41,177 bases of DNA from Anaerolineae bacterium (GTDB taxonomy: Bacteria > Chloroflexota > Anaerolineae > CG2-30-64-16), in the NCBI GenBank assembly GCA_034434235.1, contig DAOTZV010000190.1, forward strand, positions 1 through 41,177, in the 5' to 3' direction. The stretch's first letter is position 1; every line of letters starts with the position of its first letter. A program made the position numbers and the translations under genes. Under the pieces are notes generated by a model that saw only the letters and a list, made by a program, of their open reading frames with translations, was not told the origin of the DNA and did not search any database. Shown here one piece after another: positions 37,462-41,177 of the stretch.

Positions 37462-38813
37462 ATATCAACCAGGACTACTTCCACACCCCAACGCTCCTGC
37501 TGCAAGAACCGATTCATGCGCCCCCAAACAGTCTGCCGAATGATCTTACGTGGCAGAAACTGTCGTTGTGCGAAATCGTAATCGAACATCGCATCCAGAT
37601 CTCTCTCTGCTACTACATCGCGAAGAACATGACCGGCCATCGCTTCGACGCTCGCTTGCCAATTATCAACATTGTAAACCGCGTCAACGATGTCCTCATC
37701 GGCAACAGCAAAATAATCCTTCTGAGATGCTGGCGGCGGTTTTGCGCCGCCAGCGCCCTGCATGGCCATATCAATCAGATCAGGTGAGCCTACAGTCGCA
37801 TCGGCCTCAGACGTCTTATTCTCGGTCGGTGCAGACGCGGCATTCGGCTTGGGCGTCTGAGATGGTATGCCCCCAGACGGCTTCGACTTGTCGGCTACAG
37901 CCAGTGACCAAAGAAAACTTGCCAACCCGGCAAGCACTCGTCGCCACGGTGAAAGGTTTGATGGAAGAGATTGCGGCGGGAACGGCGGCTGAGTAGTATC
38001 TTGAGAAGGTTTCTCGGTTGCGGGAGCGGCTTTGGAACCCGTGTCTTTCTTCCGTCTAATCTGATACCAAAGCCGGAGTTCAATATCAAGAGGAACTCCG
38101 TCACGAGTATAGACCTTGCTTACTTGTAAGGTCTTCTGCTGCCTTCGCAAATCAACGATGGCCCGTGGGCTTTCATAGAGCTCCAGGAATCGGGCTCCGC
38201 CCTTGACCACCCTTGTATATTTCCCACCACATTCCAAGACGGCGGCATAACCATAGTTGACAAAAATCAACCCCGGGCCGCCGACTTTTTGCAAAAACCC
38301 TCCCGGACCTCCTTCTCGAGTGGTTTGCGATTGACCGCCTCCGACGACCATCACGGGATAATTCAACCCAAAGTAAAGGCTCTTCAGGAACTTTAACGCC
38401 TCTTTGCGATCAAGATCGGGGCTCAGAGCAGTTACCCAGTGCAATCGGGCTCGACCGTAAATCTCGGTGAGGGCAAGAACAGGAACGATGCCACAGGGCA
38501 CCGCCATGGCGAAAGAGAAGAAAAGACGAGTTACAGGATCGGGGATGAACTCGGGAAGCAGCCAGTCCAGCAGGTAGCTGACGATCAGGATGATGAAACC
38601 AGCAGGGAGCACGCCCCGGTAGACAAATTTGCGATAGCGCTTATACGGCTTGCCATAAGCCAACACCAAGAACACCAGAAAGGCAGCAACAGCTGCAGCC
38701 CATACCCCCCACTTTATCAGTGCAACAAGGATCAATACCAGCCCCGCGCCTGCTGCGATCTTCCAGCGCTGTGAACGGCCCTCTGCCTTCCGCTCGCCCG
38801 TCTTTTCGGCCAT
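37386..38813 (-). CDS. Membrane protein: 4 TM helices + SPFH/band-7 domain split by a ~90-aa low-complexity insert; C-terminus replaced by IS sequence
   Basis: SPFH motifs GPGLIFVNYGY...YTRDGVPLDIELRLWYQI and ...QASVEAMAGHVLRDVVAERDLDAMF align to the SPFH protein at 7731. The last ~25 codons (37386-37461) lie inside the IS right end. GGAGGTGG RBS. Confidence 0.7.
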   Translation of the reverse strand: MAEKTGERKAEGRSQRWKIAAGAGLVLILVALIKWGVWAAAVAAFLVFLVLAYGKPYKRYRKFVYRGVLPAGFIILIVSYLLDWLLPEFIPDPVTRLFFSFAMAVPCGIVPVLALTEIYGRARLHWVTALSPDLDRKEALKFLKSLYFGLNYPVMVVGGGQSQTTREGGPGGFLQKVGGPGLIFVNYGYAAVLECGGKYTRVVKGGARFLELYESPRAIVDLRRQQKTLQVSKVYTRDGVPLDIELRLWYQIRRKKDTGSKAAPATEKPSQDTTQPPFPPQSLPSNLSPWRRVLAGLASFLWSLAVADKSKPSGGIPSQTPKPNAASAPTENKTSEADATVGSPDLIDMAMQGAGGAKPPPASQKDYFAVADEDIVDAVYNVDNWQASVEAMAGHVLRDVVAERDLDAMFDYDFAQRQFLPRKIIRQTVWGRMNRFLQQERWGVEVVLVDMGVIALFYLTSPGHKVWHNRPQKRT

Positions 38814-38916
38814 TTCGATTCCACCTCCATCAGCTCAATGCGCCAGACCGCGATATGGGGCCGTCTCGACTATCCTTGCTTCCAAGCAGAAGCAGAAAAG
38901 AGTAATTCTCCGAACT

Positions 38917-40458
38917 TCAGGCCAATAGCCCCGCCAGCTTCATCAGTCTGAGACCCTCCAACCGCAGCACCTTGGGAATGATGGCCCTGTAAATGTCACA
39001 ATACGGCGATCTGGTATCATAACGCCCCGTTGCACGATAGGTGACCAGCGGACAACCGCCTGCGCACCAATACTTCCAGGCGCAGTCGCGGCAACCCTCC
39101 TTTGCATCTACGCTGAGGTTTTGCAGGCCCACCCGATCCCGTTGGGCATCGCGCAGCGGATCGTCGCTGGATACGTCCGTAACGGGCCGGTCAATCATCA
39201 TGTGGCACTTGGCGACTCCCCCGTGCGGATCAAAAACCAGGTAGGATTCGCCGACGCCGCAGGTCCGTTCGTGGGGACGATCCATCACACAACGATCTAG
39301 CAGCGCACCGAGCGGACTGTCCACGGGCAATTTCGCTTCCATGACGGCCAACGCCTGTTCCAGCGCGCCGACAACCAGATCTGTCGCCAGACCGAGATCG
39401 TCTGCCCGTGCATGGCTGTTGTCTCGAAACAGATTAAAGTTGAAGGACAATTCCCGATCGAGCAGATAACCCACCAGCGCAGGCAAGCCCCGCGCGCTGC
39501 GTCCGGTCACTGTGATGCTGATGAACGGCTTGAGACTGCACGCCGCCAATCGGTCGAGGGTTTGGTTGACCTCGGCAAAGGACCCTCGCCCATCCGCGCG
39601 CCTCCGCTGTCCATCGTGATCGAGACCGAGCCCATCGAGAGAGACCATGATGCGGATGCCTCGCGACGCGAGTTCTGCCACGGCAGCGTCATCCAGCATC
39701 GTTCCGTTGGTCAGAATGATCGAATCGAGCTCCAGCCCGGCCGAACTCGCGGCGCGAGAAGCATACCCGTGAAGAGCGTAGACCAGATCCAACCTGAGCG
39801 ACGGTTCTCCGCCCGCGAACTTGATCTTGATGCGCTGGAAGCCGCCGCGCACCGCCGACCGGATGAGCGCGTCGATCGCGGCGCGCCCCGCGCTCTCGCT
39901 CATGAAGTCGCCAGATCTGGCAAGATAGCAGTAGTCGCACCGGAGATTACATGCATTCGTGAGATGTAGCCATGCGCCGAGCACGCGGGGAGTTGTGGCC
40001 CGCAACCGGGGCGAAGATGACTCTCCCGCCGGCTCCAAGAGGCCATGCGCCGCCATTTGGGCGACAAGGTTCGCCAGGTTCCGATCGGCGTAGGACGATT
40101 CATCGGGGAACAACTCCGCCCCAGGCGTGCGATGCCGTTCCCATACCTGCCGCGCCGCGGCGTTCAGCACGGCTACCCCCGGAACAGCGCGCGGGTTCGC
40201 CATCAATGTATGGCCCGACGGCAGCGGCTGCGTGAACACATCCGCACATCGCAGAGACGCCCGCAGAGAATCCACACGTTCCGTCGGGATGAGGCCGGCT
40301 TCGGCGCAGGCACAATCACACTGCTCGGCCAGGAACATCCGTCCCTTATGCTGAAGCGTCAAGGTGGAAAGCAAAACAGGCACGATCTCCGGCATCAAAC
40401 CTCTCCCCAGGATATCATCATACCAGGCCAATGATGGACCGACGATTTCTGAAAGCAA
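38917..40458 (-). CDS. Radical SAM / SPASM-domain protein (peptide-maturase-like) with a ~150-aa N-terminal extension
   Basis: CxxxCxxC motif CNLRCDYCY at ~aa 160. C-terminal SPASM-like cysteines CGVGESY...CRDCAWKYWCAGGCP...YCDIY. Lower GC (~55%). Confidence 0.85.
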   Translation of the reverse strand: MLSEIVGPSLAWYDDILGRGLMPEIVPVLLSTLTLQHKGRMFLAEQCDCACAEAGLIPTERVDSLRASLRCADVFTQPLPSGHTLMANPRAVPGVAVLNAAARQVWERHRTPGAELFPDESSYADRNLANLVAQMAAHGLLEPAGESSSPRLRATTPRVLGAWLHLTNACNLRCDYCYLARSGDFMSESAGRAAIDALIRSAVRGGFQRIKIKFAGGEPSLRLDLVYALHGYASRAASSAGLELDSIILTNGTMLDDAAVAELASRGIRIMVSLDGLGLDHDGQRRRADGRGSFAEVNQTLDRLAACSLKPFISITVTGRSARGLPALVGYLLDRELSFNFNLFRDNSHARADDLGLATDLVVGALEQALAVMEAKLPVDSPLGALLDRCVMDRPHERTCGVGESYLVFDPHGGVAKCHMMIDRPVTDVSSDDPLRDAQRDRVGLQNLSVDAKEGCRDCAWKYWCAGGCPLVTYRATGRYDTRSPYCDIYRAIIPKVLRLEGLRLMKLAGLLA

Positions 40459-41177
40459 CCACGAAATCGGGATGCGCCTCAGCGATCGTCCTGTCCTGGC
40501 GCAACATCTTGTCGGTTTCGAGTTTTTCGATGAACAGGTCGCACCATCTTCTCGCCAAGTCAGGCCCCGAGATCTTGGAAAGCTTGGTGATGTTGTCGAG
40601 CAAATGGCCGATGTGCTGTCTGTAACGCGCTGAGCCGTAGCCCGGGTCAGATGCCAGCCCCGCGTATCCCGTCAGATAGTGTCGCAGCGATTCATCGAAG
40701 TCGCGCAATACGAAATAATAGGCGCCCAGCTCGATCTCCAGCAGATTCTCGAACACACCGAACTGAAAGATCAGCGGTCTGCCGTTGCCCGATTGCTTCT
40801 TGCGCTTCTCCTCCAGAGCAGAACGCAATCGCTCAATGAGGCCGCGCTCTCGCTCCAGAAGATGCGGATCCGAACATCCGTCAGGGAACCGTGCGCTTGC
40901 CATATCATCGGCCAGGAAGGCGATCTCGGTCAAGTTTTCAAGCTCCTCCAGCATGTCATGGCACTCGATCGCAAAAGCCAGCCCCTCCTCGAAGTGCGCA
41001 AGGGCCTGCTCCAACAGTTGAAGGCGCTTTCCGCGATCGTTGGTCCGCAATGCCTGGTCATGATACAGGCGTCCCCGACGGCGGTGTGCAGTGGAGCTGA
41101 TCTGAACCAGCCCATATTGCCGACACAGATCCAGGCTACGATCCATGTCTTGTCTGGCGCGCTTTTCGCGCTTCTTG
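40418..41177 (-). CDS. Helical (TPR-like?) hypothetical protein, 5' end beyond window; 41-nt overlap with the rSAM gene start
   Basis: The reading frame stays open to the window edge (KKREKRARQDMDRSL...). The overlap implies translational coupling with the rSAM gene. Confidence 0.5.
   Translation of the reverse strand, partial: KKREKRARQDMDRSLDLCRQYGLVQISSTAHRRRGRLYHDQALRTNDRGKRLQLLEQALAHFEEGLAFAIECHDMLEELENLTEIAFLADDMASARFPDGCSDPHLLERERGLIERLRSALEEKRKKQSGNGRPLIFQFGVFENLLEIELGAYYFVLRDFDESLRHYLTGYAGLASDPGYGSARYRQHIGHLLDNITKLSKISGPDLARRWCDLFIEKLETDKMLRQDRTIAEAHPDFVVAFRNRRSIIGLV

Noticed and set aside
38720-38905. 61-aa plus-strand ORF as a candidate RiPP precursor near the rSAM gene
   Set aside because: It lies on the opposite strand, overlaps the SPFH gene start and RBS, and has a Ser/Arg/Pro-rich composition without a recognisable leader/core organisation.

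Overview
High-GC (~68%) bacterial chromosomal window. Pro/Thr/Ala-rich lipoprotein linkers, T-box leaders and a TrpB2 suggest a monoderm lineage such as Chloroflexota or Actinobacteria, but this is a guess. The core is housekeeping: gatB, an SPFH protein, comEA, trxA, a T-box-controlled trpB2, an M50 protease, tpiA, pheST behind a Phe T-box, and purH behind a structured leader. Embedded in it are: (1) an LacI-headed sugar/sugar-acid catabolic cluster (MoaD-like protein, tungsten-type aldehyde:ferredoxin oxidoreductase, MOFRL glycerate-2-kinase, HpcH-family aldolase, sugar ABC binding protein plus a fused MalF/MalG-like permease, D-2-hydroxyacid dehydrogenase, a long transketolase-like enzyme, DUF123). 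(2) A ~120-bp hairpin-rich mosaic MITE/BIME-like repeat in two tandem arrays (9361-10383, 35124-35783) and one solo copy (2294-2415). (3) An IS (35784-37461) inserted into that repeat and truncating a 4-TM/SPFH gene, at the edge of a lower-GC island. (4) That island carries a radical-SAM/SPASM maturase-like gene, translationally coupled to an upstream helical protein that runs off the window end. (5) A low-GC islet holding a degenerate HepT/MNT toxin-antitoxin remnant. (6) An unusual purH upstream region with a three-way-junction element, a recurring GCTGAAGC motif and a perfect 56-bp tandem duplication. No rRNA, tRNA or CRISPR array was found. Many long ORFs in the track are antisense or repeat-encoded artefacts of high GC.
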